Source: Eledone cirrhosa
Taxonomy: Eukaryota
Direction: 5' to 3'
Assembly (NCBI GenBank): GCA_964016885.1
Contig: OZ024742.1
Location: 38,688,001 to 38,752,000, forward strand
DNA: 64,000 nt
The notes beneath the pieces are model-generated. The model searched no databases. It saw nothing but the letters and a program-made list of their open reading frames with translations, and was not told where the DNA came from. Below are positions 1-13,595 of the stretch, in pieces. The position numbers were made by a program, and so were the translations under genes. Every line of letters begins with the position of its first letter. Position 1 is the first letter of the stretch.

Positions 1-108
1 TGGCTGGTTTGAACAGAAAGAGGAGAGAATTCTGGCTGGATATGGCTGGTTTAAATGCTAAAGGGTTAATTAAAACATCTTGTGAATAAAAACTTTCAGA
101 AAACTGAC

Positions 109-487
109 CTTCTTTTTCTTGAAGTTTGATTCTTTTCAATTTATCCCTCAGTTGTTCTTCTTTCAATTTTTCTTTCATTTTTGGTGACAGTATCTTATCA
201 TCAATGTTCTTCAGTTTGGTGCTCTTATCAGACTGTTTTTCCAAACGAACCTTTTCTTTTTTCTGTTCCTTCTTTAAGCGTTGTCTTTCTCTGTCCTGTT
301 TTTTCAACTCTTTATTGTCAGCAACTCGTTTCTGTTCTTTGATTCGGTTTGTGATGCGTTCATTAAGCAGATCTTTTTCTTTCTCTTTCTCCTCTTTTAA
401 TCGCTTTACGACATCAGATTCTGCTCGAACCTTGGCCAGTTTCTTTGGAGCTGAGCATTGTGTGCTATACTTTTTTATAGTTGGAAG
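109..487 (-). CDS. SPTY2D1: SPT2 homolog, coding exon 2 (Lys/Glu-rich); gene continues beyond window start
   Basis: Acceptor ttttttcag|CTTCCA at 487 and donor AAG|gtcagt at 109. Open frame LPTIKKYSTQCSAPKKLAKVRAESDVVKRLKEEKEKEK... joins exon 1 in phase 0 and resembles the SPT2 N-terminus (KRYS...PPKK.PKV). Confidence 0.85.
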
Positions 488-660
488 CTGAAAAAACAAA
501 TATTTAGAAAATTTAAGATAACAACAGTAATAACATTAGAGTACTGTTTTCCAAAATCAATTTGGTCACTAAAGCTGCCTTTAACACTTTCCTTACCATA
601 TTTCTAAAAGGGATGTATGATAGTTAACTGCAAAAATATAACACTCATTTACAGAAGAAA

Positions 661-727
<67 letters not shown>

Positions 728-1734
728 CATAGACATATATGTGTGTGTGTATTATGCTCATAATCACACGTTGGAAACAACTGTCATTTTAATTTAACTT
801 CAACGCTTATAGAATTTTACCTGCTTCAGATTTATATAGAACACATGCCTTTCGGTTAGGGCAAAAGAATGATATATTTCCACGCACTCAATAGAATAAC
901 TGAGTCTACTGGAGTTTACAGTTTGAAAAAAACAAACAACAAAAACAAAACCATTTGAGGAGCGGGTTGGGTCTGAGGAGGAACCCCCACCTAGATTTCT
1001 GATATAAAAATATTTTTTAGTAGAATCGTAACCTCTAATGTTTAACCACCCCCTCCTCAAGTTAAAAACGAATCTGACCATTAAATTTTTCCCCCTAAAA
1101 TTATTTCTTTCTGACTGTATATGCAAGTATATCAGAATTACTCGTTGTTAGGCTGGTATTTTATATTATCGATCTATATGAAGCGTGAAAAGCTAAATCA
1201 ACTTGAACTTAGACCGAGAAATTTTATTTACATAAATACACAATTTATATAATGATTATCATTTCAAATAGAAACAAATCAATAGAAATTACTCCGAGAA
1301 AGTGTCAGAGAGGACGAAATCAGTCTGTTGGTATGGAAATATGGAATAACCTGCGACCTCCTCAATTATGAACTAATATCCAAAATAAGTATATAAACAC
1401 TGAAACCAATCCTATTAAGTACTCAAATGTAGTCTGTAGTACATTATCCCTGAAACTAAAGATAACATTGTCATAGGTCAGTTCAACTAGATTATACGAT
1501 GTCACATTAAAAGAAAGAAGAAAAAAGCAATAACAAGTCACTAGAATATAGAAAAGGATGTCATAACTCGAAATTCAATTATCTTCTGTTAACACTGTTT
1601 ACAACATCAGGACACGTGTTAACAGGAACAATGAATGTTACGAAGGACATTAAAAGCGAAGATTCAAATAACTAGGATAATGCAAGTGATAGACGTAAGT
1701 GATAGACGGAATGTAAACCAGGAAATTAATCTTC

Positions 1735-1925
1735 TCCGGATACGAAAGATCGCCTTATAGGCGATCTTTCGTATCCGGATACACTCCCTGGATGGATATA
1801 TATAAAGTGACAATAAGAATTACAGGTTTTTGTAAACTTTATTACATTTCCATATTGATCAGCTAGGGTTTGATCATGCGATCGGATCCCGACTGTTAAT
1901 CGACAATTCTTATTGTCACTATATA
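1735..1925. repeat. Perfect 20-bp hairpin plus second inverted repeat (PLE-type fold-back remnant)
   Basis: tccggatacgaaagatcgcc-ttata-ggcgatctttcgtatccgga at 1735-1779; gtgacaataagaatt/aattcttattgtcac at 1807-1919. Confidence 0.7.
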
Positions 1926-1993
1926 TACACTCTGCAAATAAAACCACCTCAAAGCTAGTAACTTAGTAACAACAAATTACCCACTTATAACTA

Positions 1994-2026
<33 letters not shown>

Positions 2027-2028
<2 letters not shown>

Positions 2029-2201
2029 GGGTTCAATCGGGGGTAACCACAGTAAGTAAGGTACTCAATACGTAACGGAGTATAAATATTTAATATAGAA
2101 ATGGCTTTTACGAAGAAAATCATCAGGAAAGCACAGGGCTTCCTTGATGATTTTCTTCGAATGAAACAGTTCTAGTCCTGTAGAAGCCATTTCTATATTA
2201 G
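2027..2201. mobile_element. Fold-back PLE terminal remnant (family also at 63300-63495)
   Basis: Inverted arms taatatagaaatggctt...aagccatttctatatta plus a one-sided tail shared with 63303-63370. Confidence 0.7.
2137..2188 (+). ncRNA. Type I hammerhead ribozyme (one extra U in core)
   Basis: Stem I GCUUC/GAAGC; core C(U)UGAUGA; short stem II; GAA; stem III ACAG/CUGU; GUA cleavage triplet. Confidence 0.55.
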
Positions 2202-3384
2202 ATAATCATAGATACATACATGTGTGTGTGTGCGCGCTCATACATATATATATATTTCATTGTTTACATTCCGACTGTTAGAAAGTTCCCCCAGTTTAAT
2301 GATTCAACCTGATTTTTGCAGAGATATTACATAAAATTATGATGGGAGGTTTTTAGATAAATTTAAACACTTTAAAACAATTTTTTTAATTATCGTAGAA
2401 TCATGAGCGATTTCTGACGGTTTGGTATAAAAAAGGTTAATAATTTGTTACAGTTATAATTTCTCTCAAAATTATTTACAGTAGTCGAGTACACCATATT
2501 TTCTGGTAAAGCAGTCTAATAATCTGATCTGTAATTTAATCTATCTACGTGTAAAAAAAAACAATACAGGACCTGCCACATACACAACTAAGATGAACAG
2601 TGATGCTATCCAACAAAGGGTACCTTTATTTGGTTGCTTCACCCGCTAGAAATAGTAGCCTAATTTTACTGAAACAATAGCCTACATAAAAAAAAAATCG
2701 GAAGGTGGTCGTCAGACCCGCTAGAAACAGTAGTATTATCATACTCAAATGAGAAAGGAAACACCAGATAAATGGTCCTGTACCTTAAACAACAAATAAA
2801 AAAATTGACGTGATTGGAATGACTGGAGTTCCATTTTATTATGCGTCTGTCTGATAATAGCTGAGCGGGGATTAAATAACAGCAATGCTATAATTTTGAC
2901 TAACCAATGGTTCAAATTCTGACTCTAATATGAAGATCTAGAATTTGTTTTTTATATTATTTATTAATCCAAAATGTTGGCATCCATAGAATAGAATTGG
3001 TTCTGACCAATTATACAATTGCAATTTTAAGTTAATGAGACACAAAGCATACAGAGTGAAAGTTTAGAAGTTGAAAGAATAAAATATAAGGTGGTAGAGA
3101 TTGAAAGTGAGAAGGGAAAGACCAAGTATGAAAAGGCAGGTGGGTGGAAGTAAGATGTGGTTCATCATCATCATCATCATTTCATTTTACGTCCCCTTTT
3201 TCCCTGCTTGCAAGGGTGGGACGGGAACTGATTCTGGCTTGATTTCTACAGCTGGATGCCCTTCCTAACACCAACCTCATTTACAGTGAGTGCTGGGTGC
3301 TTTTTTGCCGTGGCACCTCCACGACCACTTTGCAGTGGAGTGATATGGACCCCAGTCCCTATCATCTCATTTCTACAGCTGAGT

Positions 3385-3508
3385 AAACTGGAGCAATGTG
3401 AAATAAAGTGTCTTGCTCAAGGAAACAACACATCACCCGGTCTGAGAATTGAACTCACAACCTTTTGATTGCAAGGCCAATGCTCTAACCACTAAGCCAT
3501 GTGCCTCC
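3385..3508 (-). mobile_element. tRNA-derived SINE head (related copies 5160-5248, 12770-12845, 26040-26200, 61163-61260)
   Basis: Minus strand has A-box ggcttagtggttagagc and B-box gagttcaattctc, followed by tccttgagcaagacac. Confidence 0.65.
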
Positions 3509-3604
3509 ATATATAATATAAACATCTCTCTCTCTCTCTCTATATATATATATACACACAAATAACACGTGTGTGTGTGTGCATATGCATGTGTATATAT
3601 TAAG

Positions 3605-5020
3605 AGCCAAAAGCACTCGGGGAAGTAGGAGCTGAACTAGTCACCCTCACAGTCAATCAGGTAATACATAACAGGGTCATACTCAATGACTAGCACAGCA
3701 GTGCATACATTATTTGCTACAAGGGAAAATGTGATGCTCTAAAAAGGAGCAATCACAGAGGAATAAAACTAATAGACCAAGTTATGAAAGTGACAAAAGA
3801 GTACTGACACAACTGATTAGAGAATCAAATTAGAAGATGCAGTTTGGTTTTGTGCAGAGGAAGATTACTACAGATACCCTCTTAGTGAGAAAGCTACAAG
3901 AGAAGTTCCTGTTTAAGTGTAAGCCTTTATATCTAACTTTTGTTGATCTAGAAAAGGCCTTTGGCAGAGTACCACAATCTGTCATCTGGTTGTCCTTAAG
4001 GAAACTAGGTGTAGAAAAGTGGCTCATGAGCAAATGAAATCAGTTTAATGAGGAATTTGGGGGTACAGATAGGAGTGCCCTCTGTTCCCTTCTGTTTATT
4101 ATAGTTTTACACACTAACAGAGGAGTTTAAGATTGGTTGTCATTGGAGCTTCTGTAAGCTGATGATCTGGCTCTTATAGCTGAATCTGCAGAAGAACTAG
4201 AGAAGAAATTCCTGTTGTGGAAACAAAAATTAGAATCAAAAGGGTTGAGAGTAAACTTAGTAAAAATAAAAGTTTCGATATGCATGGCTCTGATCTTGTC
4301 AGGGAAGTGGCCTTTTATATAGAAAAGGAGTAGACAGAAACTCTTTATGATGTACACAATGTAAATCTTGAGTTCACAAGAGGTGTAATGGTGGGATAGC
4401 AGGCAGACTAACAGGAAAGGTAGACTTTGTATATAGTAGACGTACAAGGATATTTGCTAGAAAGAGCATCAGTGAAATAAACCTTTTCTAATCCCAAGAA
4501 GGGTCCAAAGAAGTGGTTGATAGCTTCTGTTATCTTGGTGATCTAATTAGAAGTGGAAGAGGGTGCTCAGAGAGCATAGTAACTAGAATTTGAACAGGAT
4601 GGAAAAAGTTCAGGGAGCTACTACCTCTGTTGACAACAAAAGGATTCTCTCGACAGACAAAAGGCTGGCTGTATGATGCCTGTGTGCAATGTGCAATGCT
4701 ACATGGCAGTGAATGTAGTGGACATGCGAAGGTTGGAGAGAAATGAAGTGAGCAAGCTTTGATGGATGTACACTGTTGATGTGCAAAGCATGGATGAAAT
4801 GAGAGAAAAACTGGGTATAAGAGGAATCAGATTTAGTGAGCCAGAGAGAAGACTGCACTGGTATGAACATGTAATGTGCATGCATGATGATCACTGGGTG
4901 AAGAAGTGGATGGAAACCACAATAGAGGAAGACCAATGAAGACAAGGGTGGAGGAGATGATGAAGGAACGCGATGCTGTGTTGAAAAGGACCCGTCCAAT
5001 CCAAGTAAACATGGAAAAAC
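3605..5020 (+). mobile_element. Degenerate RTE-clade LINE reverse transcriptase fragment
   Basis: QFGFVQ...TTD...LVRKLQEK...LYLTFVDLEKAFGRVP; mutated YADD (tgtaagctgatgat); many stops and frameshifts. Confidence 0.85.
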
Positions 5021-5324
5021 AGACATTAAATGGTGATGATATATTCATGCAAATGTGTGCGTGTGTGTGTATATATATATGTAGAGAGAGAGAGAGAGAG
5101 AGAGACCGAGGAATCAATGTTTCCATTGGTCTTTCCAATTGCTAATACTATCTATCGGTCGATAGAGCAACGTGAAATAAAGTGTCTTGCCCAAGGACAT
5201 AATGCATCGCCCGGTCCGAATCTAATTCTCTAACCATTCAGCCACGCGATTGACTGTCGATACATATATAGAGAGTATGTGGCACAGATATCGAGGAGCA
5301 CTCCATTTTTCTTATATATATATA

Positions 5325-5900
5325 AGAAAAATGGAGTGCTGCGTGGTTGCACATGGGTTAGATATGAATAAAATTAGTCCTTCATCAGTGATCTTCCAAC
5401 CTTCATTGGTATTTCATCGCTTTAAAAATCATATACCTCTAGTTGGTGCAAGCAATAACTAAATAAAGTTATTGGGACAAGTAAAATAGCGTGAAGCGAG
5501 CGAGACATCTAAACAAACAAAGATGGTATTGCAACGGAAAGATAGGAAGAGACAAGTACATGATATCTATAAGCTTAAGCTTGGTGAATTCATGGACGAG
5601 AAACACAGACCATCTGACATGGGTGAGATGTGAGCGAGAAAAGGATTTCACACAGGTCAAACGGGAGGAAGTGAGAGAGGGGGGGAGGAAGTGAGAGAGG
5701 GGGAGAAGCAGAGAGTGAGTGAGTGGAAGTGTGAGGAAAAGGCCAGCTGAGAGAGAGTGTGACTGGCAGAGGGGGGTAAAAAGAAGGTGAGAGATACAGA
5801 GAGAGGGGAAGCAGTAAGAAAGAAACAGACATATATATATATATATTTATTCACATATATATATCTGCTTATAAGTATACACAAGTATACACACACACAT
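5325..5900 (-). mobile_element. Repeat family, probable PLE terminal region (other copies about 30970-31470 and 54030-54350, both +)
   Basis: Three copies share gcgatgaaataccaatga.ggttggaagatcactgatgaaggactaa and a CT-rich upstream region; all are TA-flanked. Confidence 0.6.
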
Positions 5901-5975
5901 ATATATATATATATATACATATATATAAATACAATGATATTAAATAAATGGAAACCCTATTTATAAAACCATATT

Positions 5976-6037
5976 TATTCTATTATATATATTTCAAGGG
6001 TACAAAAAACTTTGGTACGCTTTCATCAGATAAAATA
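5976..6037 (-). ncRNA. Type I hammerhead ribozyme, sense to SPT2 intron 1
   Basis: UAUUUUAU-CUGAUGA-stem II (AAG.GUAC..GUAC.CUU)-GAA-AUAUAUAU-A-AUAGAAUA. Confidence 0.75.
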
Positions 6038-6173
6038 CAAAGTGTGTTTTATAAATTTTGACATAACCAAGGAAACATACCTTATCAGTTGAATTTCCCT
6101 TGGGTACTATCCAAGGGAAATTCAACTAAGGTATGTTTCCTTGGTTATGTCAAAATTTATAAAACACACTTTG

Positions 6174-6235
6174 TATTTTATCTGATGAAAGCGTACCAAA
6201 GTTTTTGGAACCCTTGAAATATATATAATAGAATA
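6174..6235 (+). ncRNA. Type I hammerhead ribozyme
   Basis: Stem I UAUUUUAU/AUAGAAUA, CUGAUGA 6182-6188, GAAA 6216-6219, palindromic stem III AUAUAUAU, predicted cut after 6227. Confidence 0.75.
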
Positions 6236-7273
6236 AATATGGTTTTATAAATATAGTTTCCATTTATTTAATATCATTGAATATTTACTCCAGAAATCTG
6301 TTGAGTGCTCTGAATCAGTTACACACATTTATATTTGTTGAATTTCCAACAAATTAAATTTCCCTTCTACTTATATATATATATGCAAAAAGTAAACAGA
6401 AAAATATGTTCATATATACTTACACATACATATGCCTGTTTATCCATATCTATATGTATGTACATGATAACCCCATTAGGTGGTTATTAAGGTCTGATTA
6501 GCCGAGTTTGGGAGAATAAGTGGTCCACGTATGACTTGGCGTATTTGGAGGAGGGTGGGGGTACGGTTTGTTTGGCAGGAGTCATGGGTACGGGTTGGTG
6601 TTCGGTTTTGGGTATTTGCTGAGGGTGAGTAGACTGATTGGACCAATAACGGTCTTGTGTGTGTGTATATATATATATTCATATGGGTGTAAAATTGTTA
6701 TCAAAGCATGGAATAAATACAAATGCTTTGATAATTGAACAACTTTACAGACATTTATTAAGCCTAATGACCCTGTAAGAAGAGGTGAAACTCCAGAATA
6801 AGAACACTCACTATTTAGCCTCAACAAAATGAATATTTGCACACTACTTGGGCATTGAGTACTCTTTCTCTCAGCCGTCAACTACATACGGATATATATA
6901 TATATGCGAGAGAAAACGATGACTTCGTTTTTAATGAGGAAAAACAAAGGGTCCTATTTGTATGTGATCTGAAGATGAATTGTATATTTTTTTAATGGGC
7001 AGTAGATATTTGGCTAAGCCAGAAACACTTTTAATAAAAAAACGATTGAGATTCCCCTATAAATAGCGAACAGCTTTCTTTCTCTACCTCACTTTACACA
7101 CATATACATACATATATATACAACAGAACCGAAACAATAACTGGAAAACTATACCGTTCCGTTTATTTGTGACACATAGGAGTGCTTCACGAATTCGGAT
7201 GAAATAATTTGATTATAAGAATTAAGAAGAAAAAAAACACAAACAGATGAAGTAAAACAAAAAATGAATATAC

Positions 7274-7333
7274 CAGTTTTTCAGCATTTTGCTGGTTTTT
7301 TGAAGCAATCGACATAAGAGTACTAAAATCCAT
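7274..7333 (-). CDS. SPTY2D1: SPT2 homolog, coding exon 1 (MDFSTLMSIASKNQQNAEKL)
   Basis: acaaaATG start and 60 coding nt followed by CTG|gtatat donor. The peptide resembles the metazoan SPT2 start MDFxxxLxIASKxQ. Not in the ORF track. Confidence 0.85.
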
Positions 7334-7399
7334 TTTGTCGAGCTAATTGTTCGCCGAACACTGACTTCTATCAAAGAATTACAGCTGGCGACAGAAAAA

Positions 7400-7490
7400 A
7401 ATAATGACTTCCGGTAAAGGGAAATAACTCATGAATCACTCAAAAGAAAATGTGCTTATTCAGAAGTATATTTACACTTCCGTTATGGGC
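7400..7490. promoter_or_regulatory. Putative SPT2 promoter with ETS/GABP-type motifs
   Basis: ACTTCCGG at 7407-7414 and CACTTCCG at 7475-7482, 70-150 bp upstream of the ATG in repeat-free sequence. Confidence 0.45.
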
Positions 7491-8039
7491 AGTAACTGTT
7501 GAACCATTTTCATTTTGCTACTTTAAAACCACTTGTTTCAAATCGGAATCGGATTACCGAATGAGTTTTTGTCGGCTTATCAGTCTAAAGTTCGATTTTT
7601 CGTATCTATTTCGGGTCATTGTGTTGTGTTTGTCTATCTGAAATGTTATACGCTCTGATTCAATCAATCCAAGGAGTGGTTTATGCTTAATCAGTCACAG
7701 TAGTGGTTCAACTTAACTTAGATTAAACGAGACCGAGGGATTTCCATTTCGTAATCGTTTCCATTCTTATGTGACTACTTTTAAAATCTATGAATTCTAG
7801 GAAAAAAAAATGAAATGGAGGTGTTGTTTATGTTTTTCCCGAGGGTATTAATAGAATGATTAGTAAATCTATTGAAGCAAATAACGAATAAATAAACATA
7901 CAAATAAAAGTTTACAGAGTAGCCACGACAACTATCATCATTTAACGTCCGTTTTCCCTTCTAAAGCGGAGCTACTGGCATTTGAGACTGACCATGTGCC
8001 CTCTACCAAATGTATTTTCTCGTGGCACCCTCTCATAAA

Positions 8040-8480
8040 ACAACAACAACGTATGGCAACTGACTTGGTAAACACCCACAAAATTATTAACCATCTTGCC
8101 AACAACAACCCTGAGTACTTTTTTGATTTCCATGTGTCTAACACACGTGGGCATGCCCACAAAATCAGAAAACAACATAGCTCCCATGACTTTTGGAAAC
8201 ATTTTTTCACGCTCAGAGTTACTGAAGCATGGAACAAACTACCTGCGTCAGTTGTTAGCTGTTGAGACACTGCATCCTTTAAAACCTCCATGCTTCCCGA
8301 GATTCGCCAACACTGCACCTGATGTTCCCCTCCATACACACGCACACATGTATATCATGACTTATACACTATTCACTTCCCTGACATTTGTATATTATTC
8401 TATGTACTATACATGCACCTTTGATGAGTAGTAGTGCACCTCAGCACTGTACACAATAATTTCATTATTATTATTATTTA
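8040..8480 (+). mobile_element. CR1/L2-like LINE 3' end with (ATT)n tail
   Basis: NTRGHAHKIRKQHS...FFTLRVTEAWNKLPASVV is a typical CR1-group ORF2 C-terminus; ends in attattattatt. Confidence 0.85.
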
Positions 8481-8484
8481 AATA

Positions 8485-8648
8485 GCAGTCGGACGCCATG
8501 CTTTCCAACATAGTTACGTCCCTTTACGGTCTCAGTTCAATTCCCGCCGAGGTTAAATTTGCCTTTCATCCTTGCCGGGTCGATAAAATAAAGTACCAGT
8601 AATGTACTGGATAATTGCTGGCCTTGTGCCAAAAGTAGAAACAATTAT
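8485..8648 (+). mobile_element. Abundant tRNA-derived SINE (main family)
   Basis: gttcaa.tcccgccgaggttaactttgcctttcatcc...gtcgataaaataaagtaccagt...ggccttgtgccaaaagtagaaac, repeated throughout the window. Confidence 0.85.
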
Positions 8649-9289
8649 TTAAATAACAGGACAAACCAACAAAGGAGCCTCTTCGAGATCTAGCGAGAAA
8701 TAGCAGCCAAATTTCCCTCTAAGTACCAAGAAAAAGATATCTAAGACTATATCTTGAACAATGTATTAAATTCGCTGTGAAAACATACGAGTGGTCATGT
8801 TTGGAACGCTTTTGCAGCCTGGGGCTTTAAGAACAAAACCACCGACGACAGTCCCACCACCACTATCATCGACAACAAAAGCAATAACCATGACCACCAC
8901 AGGCATAGCCGCCGGCGAGAAAACAATTGGGATGGAATATGTTTAGACTTTGACCCCGCAGTCCATATAATTACACACTACACGAGAGAGCCTGCTGTGT
9001 GGCACTAAAAGGTACAAAAGAATGGTATGACTGATTTGCTGAACTTTGGATTAGTAATATGCTTAAAGTCTGTGTTAGCGGTGACTTAAGAATGGGGCTG
9101 GGGCTGAATGGGCTGAAATGAGGGCCCCACAATATTTAAAGTGCTCAGAATTATTTTTTTTCTTTAATACCTTAAATAATATGTAACGGCCTCGATGAAA
9201 TTTTCAGTAAGGCCCCCCCTGAAAGTTTTATCCGACCTTGGTCTGTCTGAAGCCCGGAGACTCATTAGGCCTTATATCGGTTTCATTGG

Positions 9290-9570
9290 CGTTGACCCGC
9301 TGTGCTAACGTGGAGAGTATGACACACGCCTTGGATCATGCCAGACAACATCAACCAATGGCCCAACAGTCCCTAGCAGCTCTGGAGTCACCAACCAAAA
9401 CTATCTGAGTGACGGAGTGCAGTCTGCGTGAGTGGACAAGACCAATAGGACGACCGCACTAGTCATTTATGATTCAAGTGACCAAGGTTGGCTCGCGACG
9501 GATGTTGCTGGAGGCAGTACAGACTACAACCCCTGAAATGATAATGACCTGATGAAATGGAATGAAATGA
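9290..9570 (+). mobile_element. Probable RTE-like LINE 3' remnant
   Basis: Degenerate LGH...WTRPIGRP-like coding remnant followed by a gaaat-type tail. Confidence 0.35.
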
Positions 9571-9984
9571 AGCGACCGAGAGCACAAAGTAAGACGCCAG
9601 TCCACCACAGGTTCAATCCCCAGCTACTGCTGTTAATTATTCTCAGCTGAATGAACTGGAGCAACGCAAAGTGTTTTCCTCATATATAATTTCAAGAAAC
9701 GAAGCGAGCTGTGTGTTTACTGTAAACAAAGTTTAAGATGGTAATATGGACGAAACAAGAAAAGAACCCGTTCGTCAGCTGTTAACTGCAGACCATAGAT
9801 GTTTCGGCGCTTAAAACAGGACATCAAAGGCGATCAGCAGCGTGCCCAAGGCCTTTTATCGATCAAAAGGCCATGAGGGAAAGAAAGGAAAAAGTAAAAA
9901 AAAGTGAGGAGAGAGGAAGAAAGAGGAAAAAACGAAGTAAACAAACCGAATGGAGGGGGACATAGGACAATGGAACATACACTT

Positions 9985-10281
9985 CATCTTTTAATTTGTT
10001 TTGCAAGATTTCTTATCTGAAAACATGTGTTGAAACAGATATTGTTATACTTTGGGAGGGTCATGCTGCCAGTAAAAACACACGCACCTGTTGGTTTTCA
10101 CTTCATTTTATCATAAGTTTCCGGTTGGTTGGTTCAATAACCGGATGGTTGTTTACATATTTTCAAAGCTCTTTCATTCTGTGACCTCCTCAGTTACCAA
10201 CCAACCGGAAATTTATTATAAATTGAAGTGAAAACCAACAGGTGTGTGTATTTTTATTGTCAGAATGACCCTCCCAAAGTA

Positions 10282-10285
<4 letters not shown>
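9985..10285 (-). mobile_element. Fold-back PLE terminal remnant (family of 35750 and 54722 elements)
   Basis: Arms gttatactttgggagggtcat.../...atgaccctcccaaagtataac; degenerate hammerhead ctgaggaggtcacaga on minus; abuts (TA)n. Confidence 0.8.
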
Positions 10286-10336
<51 letters not shown>

Positions 10337-10371
10337 AGGATAAAAAGGACGATTGATTATTCCTTCATTGC

Positions 10372-11800
<1,429 letters not shown>

Positions 11801-12871
11801 AGAGTATTGAAGTTTGCTTGAAGCATTGTGGAATAATAAGTAAATATCTTTAAGTCGTTTGGAAGCCTCGACAATGCAAATGGGTAAATCTCCGGGTAAC
11901 AAGATCGGTGGTGGAGAGAGAGATGTAAGTGGGTGTACGTTGAGATGCGTGGTGTGTATAAGATGTGTAGAAGAATGAAGGAAAAAGTATAAAGGATAAA
12001 ATAAAAATAACAACACGAGAGAGAGTTACCTTGGGAGAGATTTAATTGTCCCTATATATTTCGGATTCACATCCATCAACTGGGGTTTTTTTCCGGGGTG
12101 GGGGAAAGGTTGTCTGTCGGACAGGTGCGAAACGCGTCCTCCGCTGTTTGTTGTTTCGAATATCTGAGGTATTCAGCAGAGCGCGCGTGCGCGTGAAATG
12201 TTTTACTTGGCATAGAGTACGGAATAATGTTCCATCCATATCTCCAACAGTTCACTTTTGCCTTTGAACACCTCACCTGTTCTTCGTTCCTTCGGAGGCT
12301 TGGCGCCTTGCTCATGCGCCAATTATGTGCAGACTTATAACCAGTACAACTCTTATGAGTTCTTCTGCCCTTTGTCAGGTCTTGTTTTTCATCCCTCATA
12401 GTGTCTAAAATTACACTCCTCACCAAGTAAGCTTGGTGGGTTTGTCGGTTTAGTCACCGTCAATCCGACCATGCGCTGGTTACATGTTACCAGTAGTGCT
12501 CGAGAGTACCCTGGCATAACATACATACATATATATACACACACACACGTAGTGCAATACATTAATGGAACAGAAAATATGTAAAATATGTAAATATGTA
12601 AAACATTCCAAAAATTCTGTGTGTATACACGTACAGATCCAAAGCATATGCATATGCACCCATATAACTCCAAACATATATCCACACACACAATAACATC
12701 CATACCTGCACACACATGGATAATCAGTACATTTGAACAGACATGGATTAAAGGTAGCTAATTAAAGCGACCGAGTAGTTACGGGTGTTAGGCTTATGAT
12801 CGCAATGCCATGGGTTCGATTCCTGGCAGCATGTTGTGGTCTTGAAAAAAAAAAAAAGAAAAATTTATATA

Positions 12872-13020
12872 TATACAACTGGCTATCCGCAAAATACGTA
12901 TAGTCAGCACCCTTAACGTATAATTGGGATTATACTAAGGTATATCCTAATGTTTGTTGAGTGAGACAGAGGTCGGTCGGAGTATTGCTTAAAGCTTTCT
13001 CTGTTAATGTATTAAATATG
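12872..13020. mobile_element. Solo terminal repeat of the 32667-33535 element (inverted relative to it)
   Basis: Reverse complement of aatacattaacagagaaagc...ggatagccagttgta. Confidence 0.8.
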
Positions 13021-13179
13021 TATATATATATAGTAAATGTGCGTGTGTGTGAATGTTGGCTGAATTTTATTCATGTTGATGTTTAACAGTTAAGCTGTAT
13101 GGGAGATAACTCCATGAAACATTTTCTTGCTTAGCTCCCATACTAAAAATGTTTGTATTTATATCTATATCTACCACAG

Positions 13180-13278
<99 letters not shown>

Positions 13279-13289
13279 CATACATGCAT

Positions 13290-13320
<31 letters not shown>

Positions 13321-13322
<2 letters not shown>

Positions 13323-13516
13323 GAAGTGGTTACACAACAGTTAGTTCACCATACCGAGAACAATTGTTTCACCGTATTACGAGGTGAGGATCCGCTAAGG
13401 TGAAACAATTGTTCTCGGTATGGTGAACTAACTGTCGTGTAACCACTTCTACCTAATCCGTCCCATGGACTGAGTGCTCTACCACTACGGATATTACCTT
13501 CCAGTGTTCCACCACT
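13321..13516 (+). mobile_element. Fold-back PLE derivative with hammerhead remnant (family of 41821-43883)
   Basis: Arms 13321-13372/13399-13451; cgag-GUGAGGA-ucc.gg-GAAACAAUUGUU-cucg (C3 mutated); tail ends ccagtgttccaccac then (TA)n. Confidence 0.8.
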
Positions 13517-13595
13517 ATATATATATATAGAATTAATACATCTACCAACATATGCGTACAGATGTACACTAATACTAGTAAATATATAAGTTATG

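Larger units (their letters stand above)
5932..6372 (+). mobile_element. Fold-back non-autonomous PLE derivative (same family as 44418-53336)
   Basis: About 170-bp inverted arms 5932-6102/6111-6279; tail 6280-6372 matches the reverse complement of 44418-44510; TA-flanked. Confidence 0.85.

Noticed and set aside
126-491. Plus-strand 121-aa Ser/Phe-rich ORF
   Set aside because: Antisense shadow of SPT2 exon 2.
821-899. Possible extra 79-nt SPT2 exon (cag...CAG|gtaaaa)
   Set aside because: Weak polypyrimidine tract; would add an in-frame stop; exons 1 and 2 already join in phase.
1726-1947. 73-aa minus ORF as an exon
   Set aside because: Overlaps inverted-repeat remnants and shows no recognisable homology.
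6760-6805. Hammerhead-like CUAAUGA...GAAAC
   Set aside because: Core mutated and stems I and III not supported; at best a decayed remnant.
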